This document shows positions 50,394 to 64,000 of a stretch of DNA of 64,000 bases, piece by piece. Location: the NCBI GenBank assembly GCA_951406725.2, contig OX597832.1, positions 7,254,001-7,318,000 of the forward strand, written 5' to 3'. Source of the stretch: Octopus vulgaris (lineage: Eukaryota). A model generated the notes under the pieces. The model had not been told where the DNA came from. It did no database searches and worked only from the letters and a program-made list of their open reading frames with translations. Each line of letters starts with the position of its first letter. Positions within the stretch are counted from its first letter, which is position 1. The position numbers and the translations under genes were made by a program.

Positions 50394-51381
50394 TGCAACG
50401 AGATTATATCGCTGCTTTCTTGCACATTTGAGAAATATCAAACAATTCATTCACGAATCATAGTGTACTCTCTTGTGCTTGTAAACATAAGAAGAAACTT
50501 CTGCACGAGGGATCTACTTAACGTTCTGGGTCAAGATGAAGGGCAGGGCCATTCCTTATAAGCCCTCCTACACTTTGTGATAAACGTCCATACTACATTA
50601 TGCTTGTAGTATTAGAGGAGCACTCCATCGGTTACGACGACGAGGGTCCCGGCTGATACGATCAACGGAACAGCTTGCTCGTGAAATTAACGTGCAAGTG
50701 GCTGAGCAATCCACAAACACATGTACCCTTAATGTAGTTCTCAGGGAGATTCAGCGTGACACAGAGAGTGACAAGGCCGGCCCTTTGAAATACAGGTACT
50801 ACTCATTTCTGCCAGCTGAGTGGACTGGAGCAACGTGAAATAAAGTGTTTTGCTCAAGGACACAACGCGTCGCCAGGAATTGAACTCACGATTTTACATA
50901 CATATATATGTATGCATACATCAGGAGCGCTTGAAGAGTTAGTTATTCACATTAGCCTTACATAAGCGTATGATTTAAGTTATGTCTCAGGCATACATAA
51001 ATGCGTCTATATATATTTTATGCATATATTGCCGTTAAAACTGTAATATTTGCAGAATTTTAGAGCCTCGGACAAAATACTTTTCAGTATTCATTCCGGT
51101 TCTTTATGTTTAGAGTTCAAATCCAGCCGTGATCAACTTTGCCTTCCATACCTTCAGGGTCGATAAAATACATATCAGCACAAAATAATGCGCTTGATAT
51201 AATCAACTATTTCTTCTCCACAAATATCTGGTTTTGTGTCTAATAATCATTATATTATACTTTTAATAAAGGCGTCGAGTTGGCAGAATCGTGATGATTT
51301 TTTTGTTATCCCTGTCTGAAAAAGAAATTGAGGACCTAAAAATCTGAGATAAAAAAAAAGGGCGGCTAAGATGGACAAACC

Positions 51382-51990
51382 AAGGCGGCGAGCTGGCAGA
51401 AGCGTTAGCACGCCGGGCGAAATGCGTATCCGTATTTCGTCTGCCGTTACGTTCTGAGTTCAAATTCTGCCGAGGTCGACTTCGCCTTTCATTCTTTCGG
51501 GGTCGATAAATTAAGTACCAGTTACGCACTGGGGTCGATGTAATCGACTTAATCCGTTTGAGTGTCCTTGCTTGTCCCCTCTGTGTTTAGCCCCTTGTGG
51601 GTAGTAAAGAAATAGGTATTTCGTCTGCCGCTACGTTGTGAGTTCAAATTCCGCTGAGGTCGACTTTGCCTTTCATCCTTTCGGGGTCGATAAATTAAGT
51701 ACCAGTTTCGCACTGGGGTTGATGTAATCAACTTAATCCGTTTGTATGTCCTTGTTTGTCCCGTCTATGTTTAGCACTTTGTGGGTAATAAAGAAATAAG
51801 AATCGTTAGCATACTGGGCAAAAAGCTTAGCGGCATTTCGTCCGTCTTTACGATCCGAGTTCAAATTCCGCCGAGGTCGACTTTGCCTTTTATCCTTTCA
51901 GGGTTGATAAATTAAGTACCAGCTGAGCACTGGGGTTGGATCAATGTAATCGACTTACGCCTTTCCCTGGACTTTATAGCCTTGTGACAA
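51382..51990 (+). mobile_element. Family A SINE trimer
   Basis: Full unit then two head-less units joined at ~51616 (GAAATAG|GTATTTCG) and ~51800 (GAAATAAG|AATCGTTAGC). Confidence 0.88.
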
Positions 51991-53483
51991 AATTAAAAAT
52001 TATATTATACTATTAATATCATCAATTCAGCTATATTGAGTATTCAGTATAATATCAATTCAGTATAAATCACGAAAACAATTTTTTTTTGTGTAAAGAA
52101 ATGAAAAGATTAATTGATAAACTAAAATAAATAGTGATTCATATTTGAAAACGGTAAACAATTTATAAAATAAATTATCTGCTATGTAAAACAGTTGAAT
52201 CAGAGAAGCCTTGTGATGCTCTACATCAGCAAAAATATTCTGCCGATAGACAAGCCTTCTGGCTTGTTTATATCGCCAGGAGGCTATATTGATAGAAGCA
52301 GTATTTCTAGTCTTTCAATGTTTCACAAGAGCATGCATTGCATTCACTTGGAAAATTCTTACGCTTGCACAGACTAGTTTAGCTCCCTTTTAAGTCTAAC
52401 AGTTAGACTTAAAAGGGAGATAAACTGACTGTATATCATGACTCGTGGGGTCGTGGGTAACCGAAAGGCATAATGGTGCTACATGTTGTGCATCTGGTAG
52501 TAAACGTGTGATTGGCATTCTTGTGAAGTGACATTAATAGGATAATATAATGATTTCAAATTTTGGCACAAGGCCAGCAATTTCAAGGAAGGGTGTAAAT
52601 CGATTACATCGACCCCAGTGCTCAACTGTTACTTATTTTATCGATTCCGAAAGGATGAAAATCAAAGTTGACCTCGGTGGAATTTGAACACAGAATGTAA
52701 AAGACGGACGAAATGCCGCTAAGCATTTTCCCGGTGTGTTAACGATTTTGCCAGCTTGCCGCCTTTATTAATAGTATAATATAATGATTTTCCTACCATG
52801 ACCACCCTGTATTTTCTCATAAGTGCTGGGAACCTTAGATCACATTCGCTAACGTTTTATGAAAGATTTAGCTTTTATTTCTAGCTTGTTGAGCGACCAT
52901 ATAGAGAGCTACTTCGTTGGCTCAATTGTAATTAAGTATTAGACTGAAGTGGAGAGTTGCTGTTGTTTAGTCGAAAGCCAGCCACGCTCGAACAGATGTC
53001 TGGTTATATGTGACCTTCACCGTATCGCACTTTTGGTTACCTCTTTGGCTGCTGGCAAGGTCATTTGATTAAGAAGTTCGCTTCGAAACGGTGTGGTTTC
53101 GGTTTCGTTCCTACTTTGCGGCACCATGGGCAAGTATTTTCTTTCAGAGCTATGAGTTGACAGATACCTTGTTAGTAGAGTTTGCTAGACGGAAACTATC
53201 TAGAAGCCTTTTGTACATACATAATACTTACATACAAACATACGTACATATACATACATACACACGTACATCAAAACATACGTTCCTACATACATACATA
53301 TATACATACACATACACACATGCATGCATACATGCATACATACATACATGCATGCATACATACATACATGCATACATACATACATACATGCAAACATACA
53401 TACATGCATGCATAATACATAGATACATGCATGCATGCATACATACATACATATATGTATACATACATACATACATACATACA

Positions 53484-53855
53484 TAAAAATGTGTAAAACT
53501 TTCCAGAAGTTTATCATTTAAATATATATGAGCATGTCTTGATGTGCAACTATATGCATGAGAATACATACATAAAGCAAAGCATACAAATCTGTACACA
53601 TACATACATACATACATACATACATACATACATACATACATACATACATACATGTATACATACATACATACATACATACATACATACATACATACATACA
53701 TACATACATGTATGCATACATACATACATACATACATTACAAAGATATCCTGTTGTTGATGTTGAAATTCCAATGAAGGAGCTTTGGATCTAGGTTAGAA
53801 ACCAGCTCTTTCTCTATTGCGAGAAATCTTAAAATAAAAATGTACAATGACATAC
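53484..53855 (+). mobile_element. R4/Dong-like LINE 3' end in (TACA)n
   Basis: KMCKTFQKFII-stop then a 3'UTR homologous to 55680-55785. Confidence 0.7.
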
Positions 53856-54074
53856 ATACACACATACATACATACATACACGCATACAAACATACATACA
53901 TACATGTATACATGCACACACATACATTCATACATACATGCATGCTTACATACATACATGTATACTTACATACAGGCATACAAACATACATACATACAAA
54001 TACACATACATACATACATGCATAGATACATATATACATACGTATGTACATACATACATACATACATACATACA

Positions 54075-54107
<33 letters not shown>

Positions 54108-54108
<1 letters not shown>

Positions 54109-54445
54109 CACGAGTCTAAAGTCGAAGAGAAAGACGATGACTACGGACAACTGCTTCGAAACTTTCAACTTCTATACCCAGATTGTAAATTCACATTTGT
54201 ATCAATAATAATTGGTGCACTTGGTCTTGTGAACCTAAGTGATATTCTGGATAAGCTGGGGTTTTCAGAAAAAACAAAAAAGGAAATCAACCAGCTAAAA
54301 TACGCATCAGAAATACAATCTCTAAGCGGAAAAGTAAAAAAAAATATCTAAGATTTTTCTCAACTCCAAAATGTGAAATTGTTTTTGTTAACTACCTCCC
54401 AGCGATGGAGCTTCGTATCTTTATTAGAAACCAGCTCCTTCCTTA
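54108..54445 (+). mobile_element. R4/Dong-like LINE 3' fragment, second subfamily
   Basis: KVEEKDDDYGQLLRNFQLLYPDCKFTFVSIIIGALG, paralogous to the end of ORF 55217-55606. Confidence 0.8.
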
Positions 54446-54515
54446 ACACAGACAGACAGACAGACACACACACACAGCCAGACAGACAGACACACACACA
54501 CAGCCAGACAGACAG

Positions 54516-54547
<32 letters not shown>

Positions 54548-54711
54548 ACACACACACACACAGACACACACAGACACACACAGACACAGACACACACACA
54601 CACACACATACACACACACATGCCCATAATGTATACATACATACATACATACATACATACATACATACATACATACATACATACATACATACATACATAC
54701 ATACATACATA

Positions 54712-55790
54712 GATCCAAAATGCCTTTGAATGTCGCATCATATCCCTTCGGCAAAATCTTTTAACCACCAAACGTCGAAGTGCATCCCTTGACCAAGTTT
54801 ACATACATGAAGCTGATAACATCATAAGACTTGGAAGGCAGCTCTTTGAACAACACTCTTTGTCTGATAACCTAGAATACATGCCCCAAGAAGTTGCACG
54901 ACCCCACAGCAACATATCATCAGATGAAAGGATGAGATTATATGAGCAGAAGACTATGCACGGATATGTTAGTAGAAAGCTCCGAGATGATAGTAACATC
55001 GATCATCAAAGCAGTTTATCATGGACAAATAGCCGGATTACTACCTTCCACTGTGAAGGGTATGCGTTTACAATCCAGGAACAGGAAATATCAACCAAGT
55101 ACCTGATGCACAAAAGGGATAGTGACGCGGGAAAAGCCGTAAAAGTTGACAATTGATGCAGACTTTGTGGAGGTCACATTGAAGATATCACCCACATCAT
55201 AAGCAGTTGTCCAAACATGTCATCACGGTTTTATCTACCGATAAGACATGACGCTGTAGCTACGACACTCTATAATGAAATCCGTCGGAAAGATAATCCC
55301 GAGGACAAAGAAGTAAAAACCCACAATATGGTAGAAGCCATAGCCACTTATAATGAAAAGGAATACTGGTGGAATGTACCAGTGAAAACCTCAATAAAAT
55401 GTAAGCACAACAGACCTGATATAATGATTTGGGATAGAGAAGAGAAACAGTGCACAGTTGTAGAAATTAGCTGCCCAGTGGATGTTAACATAAAGCTGAA
55501 GATCAGTGAAAAAGAGAACACCTACGCTGAACAATTGAGAAATCTGCAGTTACTCTGTCCAGATTACAAACATAGGTTTATACCTGTTATTACTGGAGCC
55601 CTGTAACACGTACATACATACAATTATTGGGGATTGTAACACATCCATCCATCCATCCATCCATCTATACATACATATAAAAACCCTGTTGATGCTGAAA
55701 TTCCAATGAAGGAACCTTGGATCTAGGTTAGAAACCGGTTCTTTCTTTATTGGCAAGAAATCTTGAAATAAACTGATAATGACACACATA
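54712..55790 (+). mobile_element. R4/Dong-like RLE LINE, 5'-truncated and defective
   Basis: EGYAFTIQEQEISTKY, CCHC knuckle CRLC..THIISSC, RHD, HNRPDIMIWD..VEISCP..EKENTY..IPVITGAL restriction-like endonuclease; in-frame stop at 55154-55156. Confidence 0.9.
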
Positions 55791-55794
55791 CACG

Positions 55795-55901
<107 letters not shown>

Positions 55902-56204
55902 CTTGTCTTGCTTAGGGACTTCAGCTCGTTGGTAAGAGTCGCAAGGGCGCTATCGTGACATGCAATGTATCATAGGCATGTTTAGACGTGGTGGACTTCA
56001 TCTCTCCAAGTGTCTGACAAAAAGCCGATTTATTCTAGAAAGAGATAGAAATAGACACAAAGAATTATGGATTAGGACTGGGATTTTATTTAGCAACCAC
56101 TAAGGGATGAAATGAAAATTCGAACTCAGATCTTGGAGAGCTGGAAGGATTACGAGAAAGCAATCTTTCCGACGCTCTAAGGATTTTGCCTACTGACCAC
56201 TTAC

Positions 56205-56300
<96 letters not shown>

Positions 56301-56453
56301 GCACATACACATACACACACACAAGCACACACACACACGTACACACACACACACACACACATGCACGCGTGTATATGTGGCTCTTTGTTGGCGAATGATG
56401 CAAACAGCAGCGTTTAGAAAAGAAAAAAGTAGGAAGAAACAACAACAACAACA

Positions 56454-56510
<57 letters not shown>

Positions 56511-57224
56511 AACTGGAGAACCAATGGTTTTCGAAATAAGTTCCGTGCGATGTTTGTTCTGCACTGAATTCACACACACTTCCTTATCACTCCTGTCGTC
56601 AGAGATGCAGCGAGCCAGTGATTGGATCGCTGGAAACTTGTACCCAGCGACGCTATTAACCACCAATTGCGTTATAACACAGTAAATAAAATAAAATTTA
56701 AAAAAGAAATATCTAAACGTTAAGAAATTCACGTGAAAGTATATTTCCAGGGGAAAAAAAAAGAAAAAAAAAAACATTAACAAAACAATATTTTTAAATT
56801 ATAAAATATAAATTTAGTTGATAACACGTCAAAGATAATTAAAGACCAGATATTTTCGTAACATAAGCCGAAGGAAAGTTAATGGAATTAACTCATACAA
56901 ATTAGAAACAAAAAAAGTTATGATACAAATAAAATAATAATAATAATAGTTCATTAAAACCAAGAAAGAATAAGACAAATTTGTCAACACGTTCAGGCCG
57001 CAGTGTTTACATTAATGATTTTCAACCTTTTACCATCGCCAACTATTTTAGTAAATCAATATTTCTCCACCACCCTTTTCTTAAGAAAAAAAAAAATTAA
57101 ATATTTAAATAATATAACGATTTTTCAAAAAATTTATTAAATTAGCATTTGATATTTTTCTCGGAGAAATATTTCAAATTTTTTTTTGGTTTGCAATAAA
57201 TGTTGTGTTGTGGCCTATCTATGG

Positions 57225-57624
57225 AATTCATGGCGGTAAAGACATTTTTCTTCCCAGCCACAGGTTTTCGGGTTCAGTCCTACTGCGTGACAACTTTGGC
57301 AAGTGTTTTCAACTACAGCCTTGGACCAACCAAAACCTTGTGAATGGGTCTGGTACATGGCAACTAAAAGAAAGACCGCTGTACCCCCGCGCGCATACAT
57401 GTGTGTTTGTGTCAATGTTTGTCCTCCCAACCCCACACGACAACCGGTGTTGGTTTGTTTATATCCTTGTAGCTTAGTGGTTCGGTAAAAGAGACCGATA
57501 GAATAAGTACCAACTTAAAACAAAAATATAAAAGCATTGGGGTCGATTTGGTCGACTAAACCTTCAAGGTGGTGCCCCAGCATGGCCGCAGTTCAATGAC
57601 TGAAACAAGTAAAAGATAAAAGAT
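57225..57624 (+). mobile_element. Family B SINE
   Basis: GGGTTCAGTCC B box; tail GACTGAAACAAGTAAAAGATAAAAGAT. Confidence 0.8.
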
Positions 57625-58869
57625 TAAAATGTTATCAAATGTTTCGTAAGCACAATTTAGCAGCAATTTCGATGTTATATCGCAATCCATAAGATGGGCA
57701 AATCTAATTTGCATTAGCCTTGAAAATCGAAATTATGTAAATATTTAAAAATTAAGCATTTCGCTAATAACTTGTTCCAGATTTAAGCACAAGGCTGGTA
57801 GTTTTAATGAGAGGGATCTAATCGATTACATAGACTCCTGGTATTTGAACTCTGGACGTAAAGAGCCGGAAGAAATGACGCAAAACATTTTGTCCTGCTC
57901 GGTAACGGCTCTGCTAGTTCGCCACATTGTTTCAGTAATAAATTTGTGGCGAGTTATTTATTGTTTTTAGACCTGGGTCAGTTCCTGGTCGAATAGGTCT
58001 GTGATCAAATATTTTCCTACCATGACCATCCTGTATTTTTTAAGAAGTGCAGGGAACCTTAGTTCATATTCTCTAACGCTTTGCGAAAGATTTGGCTTTT
58101 ATTTCTAGCTTGTTGAGCGACCATAAAGAGGTTACTTCGTTGGCTCAATATTAATCCAGTAAAGAGTTGTTGTTTAGCCGAAAGTCAGCCATGCTTGAAG
58201 AGATCTTTGATTAAAGGCCATTCCGCCGTCACCATCACATCTTTTTTCTTGTATATCAGAGACTATACTGTCTAATGCATCTTCCTATAATTAAAGCGTC
58301 AGGGTGGTGTGATTTGGTTGCTCTTTCTAGCAGATTAGTAGACTACATAGAGGTTCTTATTACGACGAGTTGGTAACACTTTTTGTGGTTGTTGTTGCTG
58401 TTGCTGTTGCTTCGACCCTGGTCAGTCCAGTTCCAGAACATTTTCGAACAAAGACATTCCATCCGTGGCCGTCTCGCTTTTTAGTGCGTCTAAGACATTT
58501 AATACATCTGAAATATCAACTACCACTGAATTCACAGATATTTAAGATGGCAAAATTATAAAACGATTGGGGAAGATTTGGCAGCTATTTCTAGTAGGCT
58601 CAGTGGTCAGATACAGGTTTCCATATTTGTACATAGAATTCCTGCAACACAATTTGGAAGGACGTCCAAATTATATTCAGTAATGTATGACGTGCTGTAC
58701 ACTGTATATGTGCCATGTATATTTTGGTACAAGAAATTACTAAACTATTTTCTAGAAAAACTCATTTATATTAACCAATGGAAAAATATGTGGTGGACGT
58801 ATATTGAATAAAATTTGTGTATCTTGATATATATATATGATTTTTTCATCATGTTAAACTGTTAATCCC

Positions 58870-59050
58870 TACACAGCTTTTTCTTTCTCAGTTGTTTTTC
58901 GTTCCATCTCCATTTTTCCCACTCAGTCCTTTCTGTCGAAGAGTGTAGGCTCGAAATATCAAAGACACTTTCATTCTTCCCGAGCGGGAAACTAATACAC
59001 CTGTTTGTTGTTCCCTCACCTGCCTTCGTCTTTTGTATTCTGTAAATTTG
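58870..59050 (+). mobile_element. Penelope-like terminal-repeat fragment with hammerhead-like motif
   Basis: CTTT-CTGTCGA-A-GAGT.GTAG.GCTC-GAAA-TA-TC-AAAG at 58929-58964; same family as 37950-38125. Confidence 0.5.
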
Positions 59051-59130
<80 letters not shown>

Positions 59131-59139
59131 GTTTATCTA

Positions 59140-59376
59140 TACAGGTTTGGCCAAAAGCCACCCAACAGTAAATCAAAATTCCATAAATAATATCTGTAAT
59201 TCTATAATGACTCGAATGGAAAAGTGTGTCACTGAAGAAGGACTTCAGTTTGAACAATTTTCATGATGTTTCATATTTAGATGTTTTTATTAAATTCGTT
59301 CATTTGTTAAACATAAATAAATCTTGGAATTAAATGGGTTTCATTTACTGTCAGGTGACTTTTGGCCAACCCCATA
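59140..59376 (+). mobile_element. Tc1/mariner deletion derivative (MITE)
   Basis: TA-CAGGTTTGGCCAAAAGCCACC ... GGTGACTTTTGGCCAACCCCA-TA; keeps transposase tail TRMEKCVTEEGLQFEQF. Confidence 0.8.
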
Positions 59377-59399
59377 AATATATATATATATGTATGTGT

Positions 59400-60415
59400 T
59401 ATTATGGCTGCCCCCTCGTTATCGAGTATGGCCATTGCACGAAGCTTAACTGTTACTGGTGCTGTGATCGAATGTGGCTTTTTAGCCCAGCTAAAGATCT
59501 ACAATGTCTTGTACAGAATTGGCAACTAAAACCTTTACCGGTAATAGCCGGCTGTAGTTGTAACTGGGCTTCATGTACCTTTGCATGTCGTTTAAGTCCT
59601 CCTGCTTACACTCTCTTCCACATGCCCGACAGATATGATTAGTATGGTGTGTTGCACCACCACCAGACCAGGTTGTCACTCATCTGCCTCGCTTCATGAC
59701 TACGAAGATGACTCTTGAGTCCAGCTCTACTGAGGCAGGGTCTTGCACAGACATTGCATGTCAGCATCATAGGAAGACCCTTCCCATCTGGAAGTGTAAC
59801 AGCGATGCCCTTCCTGACATCCATCCTTACTTTCTCATGTGCAACTCGAGATTTCTCAAAAGTGGCTGTCCCCTCGTGCACAATCCTTCTCCACCTGCTA
59901 CGATCAATAGCTATGCCCTCCCATGTGTCAGGAGAGATGCAAGCATCTCTTAAGGAAGCCTTCAGCAAGTCCTTATACCTCTTTTTTGGTTTATGTGGAG
60001 GTCGTTCTCCTTATATAACTCTCCATCAAAGAGTTGTTTTGGCACTCTTGAATCCTTCATCCTGACCAGATGACCACTCCATCTGAGCCTTTGCTTTAAC
60101 ACAAGAGCTTCTATACTTTCACACCGAGAGGCTTCCAATATTTCAAAATCACTGATGCGGTCCTTCCACTTAATGCCATAGATCCGTCTGAGGCACATCT
60201 GATGGAAATGTTCCAGTTGTTTAAGATGGTATCGATATGTGACCCACGTCTCGCAGGCATAGAGAAGAGAAGGGAGCACACATGCCTTGTACACCTTTAT
60301 CTTTGTCTTTCTGCATATGTGTCGCCGACTCCAAAGGCGCTTTTCTAACCTTCCGAAAGCAACACTTGCTTTCCTAATTCTATATGGAATTTCATCATCC
60401 AAATTGCTATATCTA
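59400..60415 (-). mobile_element. RTE-clade (BovB-like) LINE, 5'-truncated 3' kilobase
   Basis: LDDEI..RIRKASVAFGRL..TKIKVYKACVLPSLLYACETW..LRWSGHLVRM..RVPKQLF; C2H2 finger CNVC..GLKSHLRSH; (ATA) tail; frameshift near 60010. Confidence 0.92.
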
Positions 60416-60749
60416 TTAATATATATATACACGCACGCACATACACACACACACACATGTATGTGTGTGTGTGTTTTGTGTGTGTGTTGTGTGTGTGTTT
60501 CACCATTACAGCTTCATATACAAAACATGCCCTGCCGATATTTATATAAGTACATGGAATTCCTGCTACAAAATATTCTACTCTTGGTAAATGACTTTTA
60601 ATGAGATTCTAGCCTGGCAATAAATAAAATGTTGTAACCAGTTTATATCAAATATTTGGAATATATGTTATGTCGATGCATTTATTAAAAACAAGTTTCT
60701 CGTTATTTTAAAAAGCTGTCATATTTGACAGCGTAGGCAAATTACTCTC

Positions 60750-61600
60750 TATGTATGTATGTATGTATGTATGTATGTATGTATGTATGTATGTATGTAT
60801 GTATGTATGTATGTATGTATGTATGTATGTATGTATGTATGTATGCATGCATGCATGCATGTATGTATGTATGTATGTATGTATGTATGTATGTATGTAT
60901 GTATGTATGTATGTATGTATGTATGCATGCATGCATGCATACATACATGTATGTATGTATGTATGTATGTATGTATGTATGTATGTATGTATGTATGTAT
61001 GTATGTATGCATGCATGCATGCATGCATACATGTATGTATGTATGTATGTATGTATGTATGTATGTATGCATGCATGCATGCATGTATGTATGTATGTAT
61101 GTATGTATGTATGTATGTATGTATGTATGTACGTATGTATGAATGCATGCATGCATGCATACATGTATGTATGTATGTATGTATGTATGTATGCATGCAT
61201 GCATGCATGTATGTATGTATGTATGTATGTATGTATGTATGTATGTATGTATGTATGTATGTATGTATGTATGAATGCATGCATGCATGCATACATGTAT
61301 GTATGTATGTATGTATGTATGAATGCATGCATGCATGCATGTATGTATGTATGTATGTATGTATGTATGTATGTATGTATGATGCATGTATGTACATGTA
61401 TGTATGTATGTATGTATGTATGTATGTATGTATGTATGTATGTATGTATGTATGCATGCATGCACATGTATGTATGTATGTATGTATGTATGTATGCATG
61501 CATGCATGCATGCATGCATGTATGTATGTATGTATGTATGCATGCATGCATGCATGTATGTATGTATGTATGTATGTATGTATGTATGTATGTATGTATG
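60750..61600. repeat. ~850-bp (TATG)n/(CATG)n compound microsatellite
   Basis: Direct reading. Confidence 0.97.
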
Positions 61601-61604
61601 TCAC

Positions 61605-62238
61605 CAGTCACAAATCTATCTAAAGAGGGTGAAATGAGTTTGCAAGAATGGAAGAAGAGCAGATGTCAACTCAGGATTTGCAGTTCCTTTTGGGCAATTC
61701 ATGAGGCACCCATTTTCCAAGTTAGGTACCTTTCCAAGTTGTTGAAGATGACGATGAACAGTTGTATGGTTTGAACTAATCTTTATTGCCAATTCTTCAA
61801 CTGATAATGCAGGATTTTCTTCAAGTAATGCCTCAAGGAGCTTATCATCAAACTCAACTGGACATCTTGTTCGATCTTCATCTTCAAAGCTGAAATCTCC
61901 ACTTCTGAATTTTGCAAACCACCTTCTGCAAGTTCTCTCATTCAATCATTCTTTCCCATAAACTGAGTGCATGTTTCGAGTCGCTTCGACTGCAGAGTTT
62001 CCTTTTTGTCCTCATAAAGCATTATGTGTCTTAAATGCGCTTTGGACACTTCCATGTTAGAAAGGGTTTTAATCAAAGAAATTTTATTTCTATTATTCTG
62101 TAAAATATTTAATTAGTTTAAATGTACACAAATTCATAAAAATAAATTTTAATTCCATTAGACATTCTAAAATACTATTAAATTTCATTCAATTTTAAAA
62201 AGGGTAAAATCGGACAGAACTTATGGGATGACCTGACA
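61605..62238 (-). mobile_element. Mariner 5' half
   Basis: MEVSKAHLRHIMLYE..RTCRRWFAKFRSGDFSFEDEDR..HTTVHRHLQQLGK; TIR GAACTTATGGGATGACCTGA. Confidence 0.88.
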
Positions 62239-62285
62239 CATACATGCATGCATGCATACATACATACATGCATGCATACATACAT

Positions 62286-62318
<33 letters not shown>

Positions 62319-62549
62319 TACATACATACATACATACATACATACATACACACACACATACATACATACATACATACATACATGCATGCATACATACATA
62401 CACACACACATACATACATACATACATACATATAACTTTTTACAATACTGTTTGCCAACATGGTAACACTGCTAGCACTATAGAACACAATATTGACTTA
62501 TAAGCCTTTAATATACTTTGCAGAACGAAATACGGTGTCTCTGTAATTA

Positions 62550-62613
<64 letters not shown>

Positions 62614-62639
62614 TCACGCACGCACACACGCACACACAC

Positions 62640-63513
62640 AGAGTCTGGCCAAGATACTCTCATGGAATATGACCAAATGAGGTTTAGTTCACAGCATACT
62701 CTCCCTTGCGGACCACACACTTCTTTCATCAGTGTTAGAGTGCTTGGATCCCGTTCGTAAAGATTATATCCTGATGGTCAAACAAGTCATCAACAGCAGA
62801 TATGACGTCATTATTACTAGGACACTGGCTCTTAGCCAAGTGTTTTTTATGTTGGGGAACAGATGATAGTTAGATGAGGCCAAATCAGGAGTATAGGGCG
62901 GGTGATCAACCAGTTGATAGCCACAGTGATGCACAGCACCCATTGGAACGAAGGACTTGTATGTTGGAGCATTTTTCTGATGGAACAAGAACCTTTCATT
63001 AGTTTTCGTTTGTGTTTGGTCTTAATAGACTTTCGTAACCGCCCCGGCAAGTTGGCATAGTAGTCTTCATTGATAATGTGGCCCTTTTAGGGAGGCAACC
63101 TGGCAGAATCGTTAGCACACCGGGCAAAATGCTTAGCAGTATTTCGTCTGCCACTACGTTCTGAGTTCAAACTCCGCCGAGGTCGACTTTGCCTTTCATC
63201 CTTTCGGGGTCGATTAAATAAGTACCAGTTACGCACTGGGGTCGATGTAATCGACTGAAACTCTTTCTCTGTCCTTGTTTCTCCCCTCTATGTTTAGCCT
63301 CCTCTCTCTTTACTCTTTTACTTGTTTCAGTCATTTGACTGCGGCCATGCTGGAGCACCGCCTTTAGTCGATCAAATCGACCCCGGAACTTATTCTTTGT
63401 AAGCCCAGTACTTATTCTATCGGTCTCTTTTGCCGAACCGCTAAGTGGCGGGGACGTAGACACACCAGCATCGGTTGTCAAGCAATGCTAGGGGGACAAA
63501 CACAGACACACAA

Positions 63514-63552
<39 letters not shown>

Positions 63553-64000
63553 CATATATACGACAGGCTTCTTTCAGTTTCCGTCTACCAAATCCACTCA
63601 CAAGGCATTGGTCGGCCCGGGGCAATAGCAGAAGACACTTGCCCAAGATGCCACGCAGTGGGACTGAACCCGCAACCATGTGGTTGGTTAGCAAGCTACT
63701 TACCACACAGCCACTCCTGCGCCTATAATAAAGAAATAAAAGAAATGTGGCTCTTTTGAAGTGAACACGATCAATGTTTTCCACGGTGGTGGCAGTTGCA
63801 GGACATCCAGACCTTGGAGCATCTTCAAGAGTTTCCCTTCTTTTCCTAAATTCAGCTAACCACTTTTGCACTGTTGATAAAGCTGGAGCGTTATCCTCTA
63901 ATGTAGCAAGCACATCAGCACCAATATCTTTGGGGGTCTAAACCATTTTCCTGCCGGTACATGATAATACTACGATGCCAAATTATGTCCATTTTCAAGA
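62640..64000 (-). mobile_element. Decayed mariner interrupted by family A and B SINEs (~63090-63725)
   Basis: LEDNAPALSTVQKWLAEF..LEDAPRSG.P; FHQKNAP..LVDHPPYTPDLASSNYHLFP. Confidence 0.85.
63090..63725. mobile_element. Family A (+) and family B (-) SINEs joined tail to tail
   Basis: A body 63090-63300 followed directly by the B tail TTTACTCTTTTAC. Confidence 0.88.

Noticed and set aside
60708-61774. MYVC/HTYI-repeat ORFs of ~300 aa
   Set aside because: (TATG/CATG)n microsatellite

Overview
AT-rich, repeat-dense animal DNA; the SINE families and (TACA)n/(CA)n/(TA)n load point to a coleoid cephalopod, most likely Octopus. The only well-supported host gene is NUS1 (Nogo-B receptor, cis-prenyltransferase subunit) on the + strand: four phase-consistent GT-AG exons (6392-6514, 11722-11880, 16638-16737, 19486-19576), with the first exon upstream of the window. 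The rest is tRNA-derived SINEs (four families), piggyBac-, Merlin- and mariner-type MITEs, decayed mariner and hAT transposons, RTE, CR1-like, HERO-like and R4/Dong-like LINE fragments, and long microsatellites that explain almost all listed ORFs. Best leads: (1) an intronic antisense copy of part of a NUS1 exon that could act as an ADAR editing-complementary sequence, plus a competing sense copy; (2) minimal hammerhead-ribozyme-like motifs, two at the centre of long palindromes and one behind a tRNA-type Pol III head; (3) R4/Dong-like LINE pieces embedded in (TACA)n with a covarying 3'UTR stem; (4) an apparent CpG-depletion boundary near 27-30 kb. All family assignments come from reading the sequence and recalled motifs, not database searches; repeat boundaries are approximate.
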